NCBI GenBank assembly: GCA_950097015.1
Contig: CATNEN010000029.1
Span: 1,860,001 to 1,924,000 of the forward strand
Origin: Macrostomum hystrix
Taxonomy: Eukaryota; Animalia; Platyhelminthes
Reading direction: 5' to 3'
Length of the DNA stretch: 64,000 nt
Position 1 is the stretch's first letter, and every line of letters begins with the position of its first letter. The notes below the pieces were generated by a model. The model was not told where the DNA came from and made no database searches. It worked only from the letters and a program-made list of their open reading frames with translations. Below are positions 35,645 through 48,613 of the stretch, piece after piece. A program made the translations under genes and the position numbers.

Positions 35645-35960
35645 TTTTCATCTATGAGAATAGATTAGCAATCCATTCAATTCCTACTTCATCTCTATGA
35701 GAATAGATTAGCAATCCATTCAATTCCTACTTCCTCTATATGAGAATAGATTAGCAATCCATTTAATTCCTACTTCATCTCTATGAGAATAGATTAGCAA
35801 TCCATTCAATTCCTACTTCACCTCTATGAGAATAGATTAGCAATCCATTCAATTCCTACTTCATCTCTATGAGAATAGATTAGCAATCCATTCAATTCCT
35901 ACTTCATCCCTATGAGAATAGATTAGCAATCCATTGAATACCTTCTCATCTATGAGAACA
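35645..35960. repeat. 43-bp minisatellite
   Basis: TCATCTCTATGAGAATAGATTAGCAATCCATTCAATTCCTACT. Confidence 0.93.
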
Positions 35961-36349
35961 GTTCTATGCTCTCTATGCTTTCTAGTTTTAGTTCTGTATT
36001 TTCCACTGTCGGTGATCAGATACTGCCATGCTAAGAGGAAGACGAAAAAGTGCACATTCATGACGAGGCAGAAAAACAGAAAAACAGGTAAAGGTGCGAT
36101 GCAGAGCGCAAAAATATTTGTTAATATTTAATGTGGGGGGTCTCCATCCAAATTAATGGCGGCTGCGAAGTGCGAGGTTTGGGGATGAGGAGACATGGGA
36201 CTGTTTTATAAGCACTTGCCTGATGGCTATCTAGACAGATCCCCATCAGAGCCATTATTTCCATTTTCTGCTATTGACATCCATTTAGGAATTATGTTGG
36301 AAATAATCTATAACTTGGGATATCTTGCAAAGAATACATTGCAGTTAGT

Positions 36350-37055
36350 AAACTGATGAGGCTGGATTAGCAATCCACACTATTCCTCATTAATGAGGCT
36401 GGATTCAATTCATCCAATTTGTAAGGCTGGATTAGCAATCCACTCTATTCCTCATTTGTAAGGCTGGATTAGCAATCCACTCTATTCCTCATTAATGAGG
36501 CTGGATTCAATTCATCCAATTTGTAAGGCTAGATTAGCAATCCACTCTCATTTATGAGGCTGGATTAGCAATCCACTCTATTCCTCATTTATGAGGCTGG
36601 ATTAGCAATCCACTCTATTCCTCATTTATGAGGCTGGATTAGCAATCCACTCTATTCCTCATTTATGAGGCTGGATTAGCAATCCACTCTATTCCTCATT
36701 TGTAAGGCTGGATTAGCAATCCACTCTATTCCTCATTTGTAAGGCTGGATTAGCAATCCACTCTATTCCTCATTTGTAAGGCTGGATTAGCAATCCCCTC
36801 TATTCCTCATTTGTAAGGCTGGATTAGCAATCCCCTCTATTCCTCATTTGTAAGGCTGGATTAGCAATCCCCTCTATTCCTCATTTGTAAGGCTGGATTA
36901 GCAATCCACTCTATTCCTCATTTGTAAGTCTGGATTAGCAATCCACTCTATTCCTCATTCATAAGTCTGGATTAGCAATCCACTCTATTCCTCATTCATA
37001 AGTCTGGATTAGCAATCCACTCTATTCCTCATTCATAAGTCTGGATTAGCAATCC
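36350..37055. repeat. 37-bp minisatellite
   Basis: AGGCTGGATTAGCAATCCACTCTATTCCTCATTTATG. Confidence 0.95.
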
Positions 37056-37859
37056 AATCACTCGCATCACTAGCTGTGTGTACTCACTGAAGTGCTGCTT
37101 GCAGAATGTCCGGTCTAGTGAAAGACTCGAGCCTGACAGCCTTTGATACAGGCAGGTGAGCGATCTACGCAAACTGTCCGTGGACCTATAGCGTCGCATT
37201 GAGCCACAGAGAAATGTCCTACCCGCGGTTAACTAAGTTAAACGTGCCGACCAGGCTATAATTGCTAATGCACTTGAAACTGAGCCCTCATTTAACTTGT
37301 TTTCTGTGTGTACAGCGTTTGGCTAGCTTTCGCATTTTATTTGCTTACCCACACCTGTCAACGGAAGTTGTGCTGCTTCGAAAATTCTTTCGGTACGCCA
37401 AATCTAAAATGAATTTCTCTCTCTCTCTCTGTTTGTGTTTGTGTTTAGGGGAAAGGCCAACTAACTACTGCTGAAATCTGTTTAACCTGAACCTAGGAGA
37501 GTTTAGACCACTTAAGGTTTGGGTTAGGGTTTAAAATTTTATTATACCTGGCCTCATTTCCTTCGTTTGAAATTCCTAGCTAAATCCAGGTAAATCTTAA
37601 TTAAGACGATACTCGCATAAATATGGCTTATATCCTATATATCCTATATCACTTGTAAGAATACTGAGCTTTGGTTTCACCCATAGAATATTTAGTATGC
37701 ATAGAATGCCAATTCAGGGGTCTAAAGTAACGCAGATTTACGCGTTCCGCCGGAAGTTTGGCTTTGGACCATAGACTAAACTGTTTTGAGCTGTTTCAAT
37801 GAACTGAGACACAGTGGAGTTTTCGTCTATGGTCCAAAGTCAAACTCTCGACAAACTAC

Positions 37860-37970
37860 TGATTACTTTAGTTCACCCAGCCGTGAAATTGCCAACATTT
37901 ACGGGGATAGAAAATTTTCTTCTTTTTTCTATCCCCTTCTCACTCAGTCCATGGACTGAACAGCAGCAGA
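37860..37970 (+). mobile_element. SINE family B 3' fragment (a related fragment lies on - at ~41610-41700)
   Basis: AGAAAATTTTCTTC block followed by TCAGTCCATGGACTGAACAG at both loci (one A>G change at 41635). Confidence 0.6.
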
Positions 37971-38599
37971 CAGCTCCTGATTCAGGATATTCAAAATGTT
38001 CAGGATTCAGAATTCAGGATATGGGAATAAAACTGTGGTGGGAGCTGCGCCAAGTCTAGTAGAGTCCTAGCCAAGGTTGCTGGGGAGTGAGTTGGAGGCT
38101 TTACATGGCTCTGGGCCATGGTTGAGTCGAATTGCGAGTTCGCTGCTGCTGCTGTTGCTCACACCCAAGACTGTGAGTGAAATGAGTGAGTAGGGAGAAC
38201 TCAAGTATTAGAAATAAGAAAGCGCTTCATCCATCCCACTGGGGAGGAATGGCATTTATTTTGTAGCAGATGCTTGGTCAGAGTACAGGCTTTAGTGTAG
38301 CCTATAGTGCTCTTGAAATCCCTATGCTCATGTTGCACTCCCTATTCAAAATGTTCGCTAAAGAATAGAATTCCACACACTGAATGGCATTCGCGATATT
38401 ATTTAGTTCTCAAATTTCAACACAACAGAAACAGCAGCAGCATCGTCTTTGATTTCTATGGAGCAAATAAAAAATTCGCAAGCACGAATTGAATAGATGC
38501 CATTGTTATAATAAGCTTCTTTGTCCCTATTGTGACTAGCAAATGATGTGCAATTCAATACTAGTCTAACAACCCGAAGTCTTCCCAGCTCACAGAAAT

Positions 38600-38937
38600 A
38601 GACAGTTTGAGTCTGCTCACAGTCGGAGACAGTTTGAGTCTGCTCAAACTCAGAGACAGTTTGAGTCTGCTCACACTCAGAGACAGTTTGAGTCTGCTCA
38701 CAGTCGGAGACAGTTTGAGTCTGCTCACAGTCGGAGACAGTTTAAGTCTGCTCACAGTCGGAGACAGTTTGAGTCTGCTCACAGTCGGAGACAGTTTGAG
38801 TCTGCTCACAGTCGGAGACAGTTTGAGTCTGCTCACACTCAGAGACAGTTTGAGTCTGCTCACAGTCGGAGACAGTTTGAGTCTGCTCACGTTAAGAAAC
38901 TGTTTGAGACTGCTCACATTCAGAGACAGTTTGAGTC
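38600..38937. repeat. 27-bp minisatellite GAGACAGTTTGAGTCTGCTCACAGTCG
   Basis: Direct reading. Confidence 0.95.
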
Positions 38938-39009
38938 AACGCAACGCAGACTTCAGTCAATCAATCAATTATTGACTGAAGTCAATTAGTGCTCAAATTT
39001 CCCGCTCAC

Positions 39010-39135
39010 CAAAGTAGCTGTGCTCAACTTCCGACTGCAGCAGCTGTTGCTGATCGGTGGCGTCACTGAGGAGGTCGCGAACGCTTCCGTCCTTCAGCTG
39101 CTGCGGCTGCCGGTGCAGCGGTGGAGGGGAGGCTG
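39010..39135 (-). CDS. MPDZ: Exon: PDZ3-PDZ4 linker
   Basis: ASPPPLHRQPQQLKDGSVRDLLSDATDQQQLLQSEVEHSYF; ccttccgcag|CA (tandem CAGCAG acceptor), G|gtgagc; phase 1-1. Confidence 0.8.
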
Positions 39136-39289
39136 CTGCGGAAGGGTGTCAAATGCTGAGTGGCTTAAAAGTACACGCTAATTTCTAAGAAACCACTGAA
39201 AGAATCTACATTAATTCCACGAAGCCACAGTAAGGATCATGACCAATTCTAATAAACCAAGTAGGACTGATTCTAAGAAACCACAATAA

Positions 39290-41020
39290 GGACCTTGAAC
39301 AGTTCTAAGAAACCAGTTAAGGATCAGAATGATTCTAAGAAACCAGTTAAGGATCAGAATGATTCTAAGAAACCAGTTAAGGATCAGAATGATTCTAAGA
39401 AACCAGTTAAGGATCAGAATGATTCTAAGAAACCAGTTAAGGATCAGAATGATTCTAAGAAACCAGTTAAGGATCAGAATGATTCTAAGAAACCAGTTAA
39501 GGATCAGAATGATTCTAAGAAACCAGTTAAGGATCAGAATGATTCTAAGAAAACACAATAAGGACCTTGAACAATTCTAAGAAACCAAGTAAGGATCAGG
39601 ACTGATTCTAAGAAACCTCTATAGAACCCTCTAGAACTTCTAAGAAACCACATTAAAGAATCCTGACCAAATTCTAAGAAACCACAGTAAGGATTTTGAC
39701 TAATTCTAGGAAACCAAAGTAAGGATAAAGACAAATTCTAAGAAACCAGTTAAGACCAATTATACGAGCCGTAAAAAGCCATTGTAAGAATCTATATTAT
39801 TTTTAAGAAACTACAGTATGGATCTTGACCAATTCAAAGAAACCGAGTAAGGATCTTCACGAATTATAAGAAATCACAGTAATTATCCAGACCAATTTTA
39901 CGAAAGCTCAAAGGGAACCTCGTAAACTTCTAAAAAATGCAATAAAGAATCTTAACCTATTCTAAGAAACCACAATGAGGATCTTGACCAATTCTAAGCA
40001 ACCACAGTGAGGATCTTGACCACTTCTAAGAAACAACAGTGAGGATCCTGACCAATTCCAAGAAACCACAGTGAGGATCTTGACCAATTCCAAGAAACCT
40101 CAGTGAGGATCCTGACCAATTCCAAGAAACCACAGTGAGGATCTTGTCCAATTTCAAGAAACCACAGTGAGGATCCTGACCAATTCCAAGAAACCACAGT
40201 GAGGATCTTGAACAATTCTAAGAAACAACAGTGAGGATCCTGACCAATTCTAAGAAACAACAGTGAGGATCCTGACCAATTCCAAGAAACCACAGTGAGG
40301 ATCTTGTCCAATTCTGAGAAACCACAGTGAGGATCTTGACCAATTCCAAGAAACCACAGTGAGGATCTTGACCAATTCCAAGAAACCACAGTGAGGATCC
40401 TGACCAATTCCAAGAAACCACAGTGAGGATCTTGACCAATTCCAAGAAACCACAGTGAGGATCTTGACCAATTCCAAGAAACCACAGTGAGGATCTTGTC
40501 CAATTTCAAGAAACCACAGTGAGGATCCTGACCAATTCCAAGAAACCACAGTGAGGATCTTGAACAATTCTAAGAAACAACAGTGAGGATCCTGACCAAT
40601 TCTAAGAAACAACAGTGAGGATCCTGACCAATTCCAAGAAACCACAGTGAGGATCTTGTCCAATTCTGAGAAACCACAGTGAGGATCTTGACCAATTCCA
40701 AGAAACCACAGTGAGGATCTTGACCAATTCCAAGAAACCACAGTGAGGATCCTGACCAATTCCAAGAAACCACAGTGAGGATCTTGACCAATTCCAAGAA
40801 ACCACAGTGAGGATCTTGACCAATTCCAAGAAACCACAGTGAGGATCCTGACCAATTCCATGGAACCACAGTGAGGATCTTGACAATTCTAAGAAACCAC
40901 AGTGAGGATCTTGACCAATTTCCAAGGAACCACAGTGAGGATCTTGACCAATTCCAAGAAACCACAGTGAGGATTTTAACAATTCTAAGAAACCACAGTG
41001 AGGATCTTGACCAATTCTGA
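39290..41020. repeat. Related 30-bp (39290-39555) and 32-bp (39960-41020) minisatellites with degenerate units between
   Basis: GATTCTAAGAAACCAGTTAAGGATCAGAAT and GAGGATCTTGACCAATTCCAAGAAACCACAGT; 352-bp (11x32) block duplication. Confidence 0.95.
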
Positions 41021-41332
41021 GAAGCATCAATATGTACCTTTAAGTTTTTTAAGAAACCACATTTAAGGATTTAGACTAATTCTAAGAAACGACAGTAAGG
41101 ATAAAGATTCAAGAAGACAACGGTAAGAATCCACGATCAATAGATCAATATAACTGGTTGGTGAGACATCAATTGATTCGAGCCCTTATGTAGTACTTCT
41201 AGACTTTGACCCTGATATTAGGCAGAAGAATTTGGAGAGTCAAGAAAATAATAGAAATCGAAGACAAATGTCACAAAACTATTTTTCACAAATGCTTATT
41301 GTCTAGAATAAAGGAATTAGGCTTTAGAAATT

Positions 41333-41580
41333 ATCCATGGACTGGGCCGACACCACTCCCACCTTCAATTACCCCAGCTGATGCTTTGTCAATGCAGAGG
41401 CAATGCAGAGGCAATGGGGGGTCAGGCTGTTTGGACTTACTTTGGAGACACATGGCAACCCCCTCATGGCAACCCTTAATCTTGCTAAGGGACAAAAATT
41501 GTTCCAGTGGAGTCAGGTATTCAACCCTCGACCTTCAAGTCGTGAGTCCGACGCTCTAACCACTAGGCTACAACCCTCTG
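41333..41580 (-). mobile_element. SINE family B copy with a different middle
   Basis: Same head on the minus strand; ends in half of the palindrome (CAGTCCATGGA); middle ~60 bp also present at ~42346-42402. Confidence 0.72.
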
Positions 41581-41749
41581 TTGTAGCTTCTATTTAGAAA
41601 TAACACCTGATCAATATGTACAGCTTTTCAGTCCGTGGACTGGAAAAGGAAGAAAATTTTCTTAGCCCCAGCTACAACTCTGTTCTTGTCTTTTTCGAAA
41701 ATGCGGATTTGTATTTTCTTTTCTTAGATTCGAACTATAATTCACGTAC

Positions 41750-41885
41750 CAACGCAGGCTCTCAGCTGCTCAAAGATGAGTCCCCGCCTGTAGCGCACGA
41801 GCTTGAGCTGAATTGGATTGCCGGCACTCTTGAGAATCTCAACCGCCTGTCGGTTGGACTGACCTTCCAGGCACCTTGAGTTCAC
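41750..41885 (-). CDS. MPDZ: Exon: PDZ3-like end
   Basis: VNSRCLEGQSNRQAVEILKSAGNPIQLKLVRYRRG...; ctccag|GTG, G|gtacgt; phase 0-1; not in the ORF track. Confidence 0.9.
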
Positions 41886-42818
41886 CTGGAGTTGATGGTC
41901 AAGACAATCGGCTATTTAATACTCGCCTACAAATAAATCAAACAATGCCAGTTTTATTGCTGTCAGGCCGGCTTGAAGGAGCTAACCCTAATACTACACT
42001 GGGCCTCTGCTCTGCCAGCTTCGCAAATGTACGGACTGCGGGGGGACTTGCTGCGTCTCCCCTAAGCCCCGGAGGGTGGGGATGCGTATCAGCGGCTTGG
42101 GGGTGGGGAATGAGTTTTGCTTCCTCGAAGAGCTGCGACCGGCCAGCCATTCCGTTCTTCTTCTTCCCCACTATTCTAATAATCCCCTCAAATCCCCTAT
42201 CCCCATTTCCTTACTCCCCCCACCCCACCTTCCAGTGTGGTGTCCCCTGCCCCTTCCCAAACCGGGCGCCGCAAAATCCCAAAACTCTCCTCCCTAAACC
42301 AGAGAGGAGACGAGAGAGGAAGAGCGAGAGAGAGGGAGAAAAGCATGGCAATGGGGGGTCAGGCTGTTTGGACTTACTTTGGAGACACATGGCAACCCCC
42401 TCAAACCAGGCCAAGAATTTTCTGCGGAGCCTCTGCCAACCACAGAAATCTCCCAAGACAGACACCCCGTTTCCCTACAGTCTTGAATTTCCTCAATCCC
42501 AACTTCCCCTGTTCCGCTTTGGGTATAGTTCGGGTGGAAGGAGTGATTGGGGTAGGAGGGAAAGTTTATTTTCTGCTAGCGGCTCCTTATTATTTTTTGT
42601 TCGATTTCTTTATCTGCCTTGCCCTGTCAGTCTGTGTGTGTGCCAAGTTCAATTTCTGTCTCCGAACAAAAATCCCCTTTCTTTCGGCTACTTGCTTCGT
42701 TAGACCACAATTTTTAGTCCTTACTTTTTTGGCTTTTATTCTTAAGTGGAGTCTTTACTAGTTAGCATTATTTGTCTTTTGGTAATATGATGTGTGCAAC
42801 AGGGTTGTTATCTTATTG

Positions 42819-42853
<35 letters not shown>

Positions 42854-43204
42854 GATCTGTCACTCCAGTCTGAGTGTTTTTTAACTGCTTGTCAGTGTCA
42901 GATACGCCTAAAGTCCTGTAAACTTTTTGTACTTTAATCTCTTCCCTTAGTTGTTAGTTGTCTAATTTTTATCAGCAACTTTACACTGGCTTTTTCCTTT
43001 GAACCTTCCCAAATGATTTTTTCTTCGTTTTTTGAGCTAGAACATTTTTTAGTTGGTAGACCTAACTCATCAATCAATGGCGAGGCAGTTTCTTTGTCAG
43101 GCGATTATGCTGATTTTCATCTGCGACGCAGTGTTTCATTTTCTCCCAGTTTTTTTAAATAAAGTACATTACGAGGGTTTGCTTGATAATATGTTTCGGT
43201 AATC

Positions 43205-43290
43205 CGAAAATGATAATGATAATGATAATGATAATGATAATGATAATGATAATGATAATGATAATGATAATGATAATGATAATGATAATC
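43205..43290. repeat. (TGATAA)n microsatellite
   Basis: Direct reading. Confidence 0.95.
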
Positions 43291-43349
43291 TTGCCATTTT
43301 AAGGATTTCCGGTCGGCTATCAGAGTTTCTGGGAGCGGTAAATTATATA

Positions 43350-43770
43350 GAGGAGGTCGTCGAGGTTTCCGGGTGGTCATCGGGGTTTCCGGGAGGTCAT
43401 CAGGATTTCCAGGAGGTAATCGGGGTATCCGGCAGGTCATCGGGGTTTCCAGGAGGTCATCTCGGTTTCCATGTGGTCACCGAGGTTTCCAAGAGGTCAT
43501 CGGGGTTTCCAAGAGGTCATCGGGATATCCGGGAGGTAATCAGGGAGGTCATGAGAAACTCCTGGAGCTCATTGGGATTTTCTGGGGGTCATTTTGAGTT
43601 CTAGAAGATCATCGGGGGTTTCCAGAAGGTCATCGGGGTTTCCGGGAGGTCATCGGGGTTTCCGGGAGGTCATCGGGGTTTCCGGGAGGTCATCGGGGTT
43701 TCCGGGAGGTCATCGGGGTTTCCCGGAGGTCATCGGGGTTTCCCGGAGGGCATCGGGGTTTCCAGGAAGG
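43350..43770. repeat. 20-bp minisatellite GGGAGGTCATCGGGGTTTCC
   Basis: Direct reading. Confidence 0.92.
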
Positions 43771-43822
43771 ATGGCAGAATTGATAGGCGGAACAAATAGC
43801 CAGGCTTGGAATGCTCGCTCAC

Positions 43823-43914
43823 CTCAACGATTCTGTCGTTGACCTTCAGCCGGCCGTCTCGCCAAGCTGCGCTGCCTTCGGCGATGCTCTTAACGAAGAT
43901 TCCGCTCAGCTTGG
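43823..43914 (-). CDS. MPDZ: Exon: PDZ3-like middle
   Basis: KLSGIFVKSIAEGSAAWRDGRLKVNDRIVE; ttccag|CC, GAG|gtgagc; phase 1-0. Confidence 0.93.
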
Positions 43915-44829
43915 CTGGAACAAAACAGGACATTGGGGGGAGGGGAGAACACACGTTATGGGGATCTAAGAGACATTCGCTTCAATGCCTCTCCCTACCG
44001 GTTTGCTCCCATTAGGCCGAGGTGAAAACTAGGGGATATTTTTCCCTTACAACCTCCTGAAGCGGGAAATCAGTCCGACGCCAAGGAGACACTAATTTTA
44101 TCCCTAAAAAATGAGGATCAATACACAGTCTCCCAGAAAATCATCTTTATTCATGTTTTTAGTAGTGCGTGTGCGTGTGAATGCACTTTTAATTAACGAA
44201 TAACCATCGCGAGAAAAAAATACATGCGGCAGTTGTCTTCCCTCCGTGTCCTTCTGGATGCTCCTTCTCTGTTTGCTCCTAGTAGGCACATAATTGCTGT
44301 GGATTTATCGATTATGTCTCGATACTCAACTAACCCACCAGCTTTGCCAATTCATTCTCTGTCGCCAGCCACGGTCAAAGTCCTTATCACGCATTTGCTC
44401 AGGTGAGTGGTTTCTAGCTACTACGCCTATTGAGGTCGCTATATTGCTCGAATTACAGCCATAGTAGAGTTGATCCACTAAGGTAGCGACAGTTTGGCAG
44501 CAAAATTAAAACTCCCTGGCCTCTGGTTGCTATGGGGAAAGCGTAATTCATATTTTCTTCAGTTTGGAAGGAAATTTCAACCAAAAGTGTCATAGCAAAT
44601 ACTTCTGCAAGTGTTTTAAGCGGGACGCCTTGGAGTGTTTTCTATTCCCCGTTAGATCCTTCAGAAATTTTGTTTCATCCTTCTCAGATCCACACTAGGA
44701 TTTCAATCTTGGGATTTTGGCATCATTCTCTTAGAATTTCAGACTAACCTTTTTGGGATCTCAGACTTTTCTTCTTGGGATCATAGACTAATCCTTTTAG
44801 ATTTTCAGTTCTATCTTTCCTCAGATCCC

Positions 44830-44915
44830 TTAAAAGGATTTCGGTCTAATCCTTCAGGATTTCGGTCTAATCCTTCAAGATTTCGGTCTAATCCTTCAAG
44901 ATTTCGGCTAATCCT
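44830..44915. repeat. 21-bp repeat ATCCTTCAGGATTTCGGTCTA x~4
   Basis: Direct reading. Confidence 0.88.
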
Positions 44916-44934
44916 CTTGGGATCTCTGACTCAC

Positions 44935-45115
44935 CCAGCGCAGTCTCCCCAACGTAGCCGGCGATCGTGATTCCCAAACCGCCGTCTGCTCCCCTGCACA
45001 GCTCCACCCGAAAGTGCTGCTCCTCATCGTCTTCGCTCACGTCATCAACGCCTTCGGGTCGGTCGCCAGCCTGCACGGCACTGAGGTCAGTCACAGCCTG
45101 TCCGCTTGGCGACTC
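44935..45115 (-). CDS. MPDZ: Exon: start of PDZ3-like domain
   Basis: ESPSGQAV...FRVELCRGADGGLGITIAGYVGETAL; ccag|GAG, G|gtgagt; phase 0-1. Confidence 0.92.
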
Positions 45116-45614
45116 CTGGCGATCGAATGGAAATAGCGTTTAAAAAACGTATGTTTCTAGCTGACAGGAAATGTTCTTATCTGACAGGAAATGTTCCTGT
45201 CTAACAGGATTTTTCTGCGTAGTAGAAATTTCTTTGTGTTTAACATGAAACTTTCGGAATCCTTTTACTGAAATTTCTTTTTCAACCAATGGACCACGTG
45301 GCTTATCGAACGGTTGCGAAAAGCTAAGAGGACTTTTTCTTAGAAATCCGGCCTAATCCGGTCTCAAGAGTCTCAGAGAATCTTAGTGGACTTAGGAGGT
45401 TAAAATTCACAGTTGGTTTTAAAATTGCTTTGAAAAGCAAAAGCGATTCCAAATAAGGCGAGACCAAATCCTAGAGGGGATTAAGATGGGAAAACTAGCC
45501 CGAAGCGATATCTGGGTGCAGGTGCATTCCTTAAGGACACCTAGCTTAGAGAGATTTGAGATTAAAGATTATAGTTGAGACTAGCGACTGATATTTAAAT
45601 TATGAAAGAAACTT

Positions 45615-48342
45615 GAAGTATTCGATACATGAGGTGAGATTGATATTCGATACAGGGGGTGAGATTGATATTCGATACAGGGGGTGAGATTGATATTCGA
45701 TACAGGGGGTGAGATTGATATTCGATACAGGGGGTGAGATTGATATTCGATACAGGGGGTGAGATTGATATTCGATACAGGGGGTGAGATTGATATTCGA
45801 TACAGGGGGTAAGATTAATATTCGATACAGTAGGTGAGATTGATATTCGATACAGGGGGTGAGATTGATATTCGATACAGGGGGTGAGATTGATATTCGA
45901 TACATGAGGTGAGATTGATATTCGATACAGGGGGTAAGAATAATAATCGATACAGTAGGTGAGATTGATATACAATACAGGGGGTGAGATTGATATGCAA
46001 TACAGGGGGTGAGATTGATATTCGATACATGAGGTGAGATTGATATTCGATACAGGGGGTGAGATTGATATTCGATACATGAGGTGAGATTGATATTCGA
46101 TACATGGGGTGAGATTAATATGCAATACAGGGGGTGAGATTGATATTCGATACAGGGGGTGAGATTGATATTCGATACAGGAGGTGAGATTAATATTCGA
46201 TACAGGGGGTGAGATTGATATTCGATACATGAGGTGAGATTGATATTCGATACATGAGGTGAGATTGATATTCGATACATGAGGTGAGATTGCCATTCGA
46301 TACATGAGGTGAGATTGATATTCGATACATGGGGTGAGATTGATATTCGATACAGGGGGTGAAATTGACATTCGATACAGTAGGTGAGATTAATATTCGA
46401 TACAGGGGGTGAGATTGATATTCGATACAGGGGTGAGATTGATATTCGATACAGGGGGTGAGATTGACATTCGATACAGGGGGTGAGATTGATTTTCGAT
46501 ACAGTAGGTGAGATTGATATGCAATACAGGGGATGAGATTGACATTCGATACAGTAGGTGAGATTGATATGCAATACAGGGGATGAGATTGACATTCGAT
46601 ACAGTAGGTGAGATTGATATGCAATACAGTAGGTGAGATTGATATTCGATACAGGAGGTGAGATTGATATTCGATACAGGGGGTAAGATTGATATTCGAT
46701 ACAGGGGGTGAGATTGATATTCGATACAGTAGGTGAGATTGATATGCAATACAGGGGATGAGATTGACATTCGATACAGGGGGTGAGATTGATTTTCGAT
46801 ACAGTAGGTGAGATTGATATGCAATACAGGGGATGAGATTGACATTCGATACAGTAGGTGAGATTGATATGCAATACAGTAGGTGAGATTGATATTCGAT
46901 ACAGGAGGTGAGATTGATATTCGATACAGGGGGTAAGATTGATATTCGATACAGGGGGTGAGATTGATATTCGATACAGTAGGTGAGATTGATATGCAAT
47001 ATAGGGGATGAGATTGACATTCGATACAGTAGGTGAGATTGATATTGGATACAGGGGATGAGATTGATATTCGATACAGGGGGTAAGATTAATATTCGAT
47101 ACAGGGGGTGAGATTGATATTCGATACAGGGGGTGAGATTGACATTCGACACAGTAGGTGAGATTGATATGCAATACAGGGGGTGAGATTGATATTCGAT
47201 ACAGGGGGTAAGATTGATATTCGATACAGGGGGTGAGATTGATATTCGATACAGTAGGTGAGATTGATATGCAATATAGGGGATGAGATTGACATTCGAT
47301 ACAGTAGGTGAGATTGATATTGGATACAGGGGATGAGATTGATATTCGATACAGGGGGTAAGATTAATATTCGATACAGGGGGTGAGATTGATATTCGAT
47401 ACAGGGGGTGAGATTGACATTCGACACAGTAGGTGAGATTGATATGCAATACAGGGGGTGAGATTGATATTCGATACATGAGGTGAGATTGATATTCGAT
47501 ACAGGGGGTGAGATTGATATTGGATACAGGGGGTGAGATTGATATTCGATACAGGGGGTGAGATTGATATTCGATACAGGGGGTGAGATTGACATTCGAT
47601 ACAGTAGGTGAGATTGATATGCAATACAGGGGGTGAGATTGATATTCGATACATGAGGTGAGATTAATATTCGATATATGGGGCGAGATTAATATGCAAT
47701 ACAGGGGGTGAGATTGATATTCGATACAGGGGGTGAGATTGATATTCGATACAGGGGGTGAGATTGATATTCGATACAGGGGGTGAGATTGACATTCGAT
47801 ACAGTAGGTGAGATTGACATTAAATACATGAGGTGAGATTGATATTCGATACATGAGGTGAGATTGATATTCGATACAGGGGGTGAGATTGATATTCGAT
47901 ACATGAGGTGAGATTGATATTCGATACATGGGGTGAGATTAATATGCAATACAGGGGGTGAGATTGATATTCGATACAGGGGGTGAGATTGATATTCGAT
48001 ACAGGGGGTGAGATTGACATTCGATACATGAGGTGAGATTGATATTCGATACATGAGGTGAGATTGATATTCGATACATGAGGTGAGATTGATATTCGAT
48101 ACATGAGGTGAGATTGATATTCGATACAGGGGGTGAGATTGATATTCGATACATGGGGTGAGATTGATATTCGATACATGGGGTGAGATTAATATGCAAT
48201 ACAGGGGGTGAGATTGATATTCGATATAGGGGGTGAGATTGATATTCGATACAGGGGGTAAGATTAATATTCGATACAGGGGGTGAGATTGATATTCGAT
48301 ACATGATGTGAGATTGATATTCGATACATGAGGTGAGATTGA
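45615..48342. repeat. 25-bp minisatellite GAGATTGATATTCGATACAGGGGGT (~2.7 kb)
   Basis: Direct reading; 275- and 300-bp block duplications. Confidence 0.97.
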
Positions 48343-48546
48343 TAATAGTGCATTTCGCTGCCTCTGTCTTAGCTGATTTATTGTGGAAGAATAATGCGCG
48401 CATCTGGCTACTCACACTTACATGCATTCGGCTATTGGTAGTAGTAGCGAACGATTTCGACAAGATTTATTGTTCGTAAATGACAGGTCTATGCGTTGCT
48501 TAGATGAGTCACAGGTATTTGTAGTATTCCAATCTTACATGTGTGC

Positions 48547-48548
<2 letters not shown>

Positions 48549-48613
<65 letters not shown>

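Noticed and set aside
41900-43050. GC-rich non-repeat intronic blocks with ORFs (also 33680-34000, 54995-55430, 56420-56830, 61250-61750)
   Set aside because: No recognisable domains, splice-phase fit or terminal structures; probably unclassified TE fragments, but I cannot support a call.
45595-48463. Long ORFs (up to 579 aa), and similar ones at 5344-6924, 7939-9208, 11403-12429, 24963-26168, 38561-41030, 57920-58897
   Set aside because: They are translations of stop-free tandem repeat units in introns, often open in several frames and on both strands, with no domain content.
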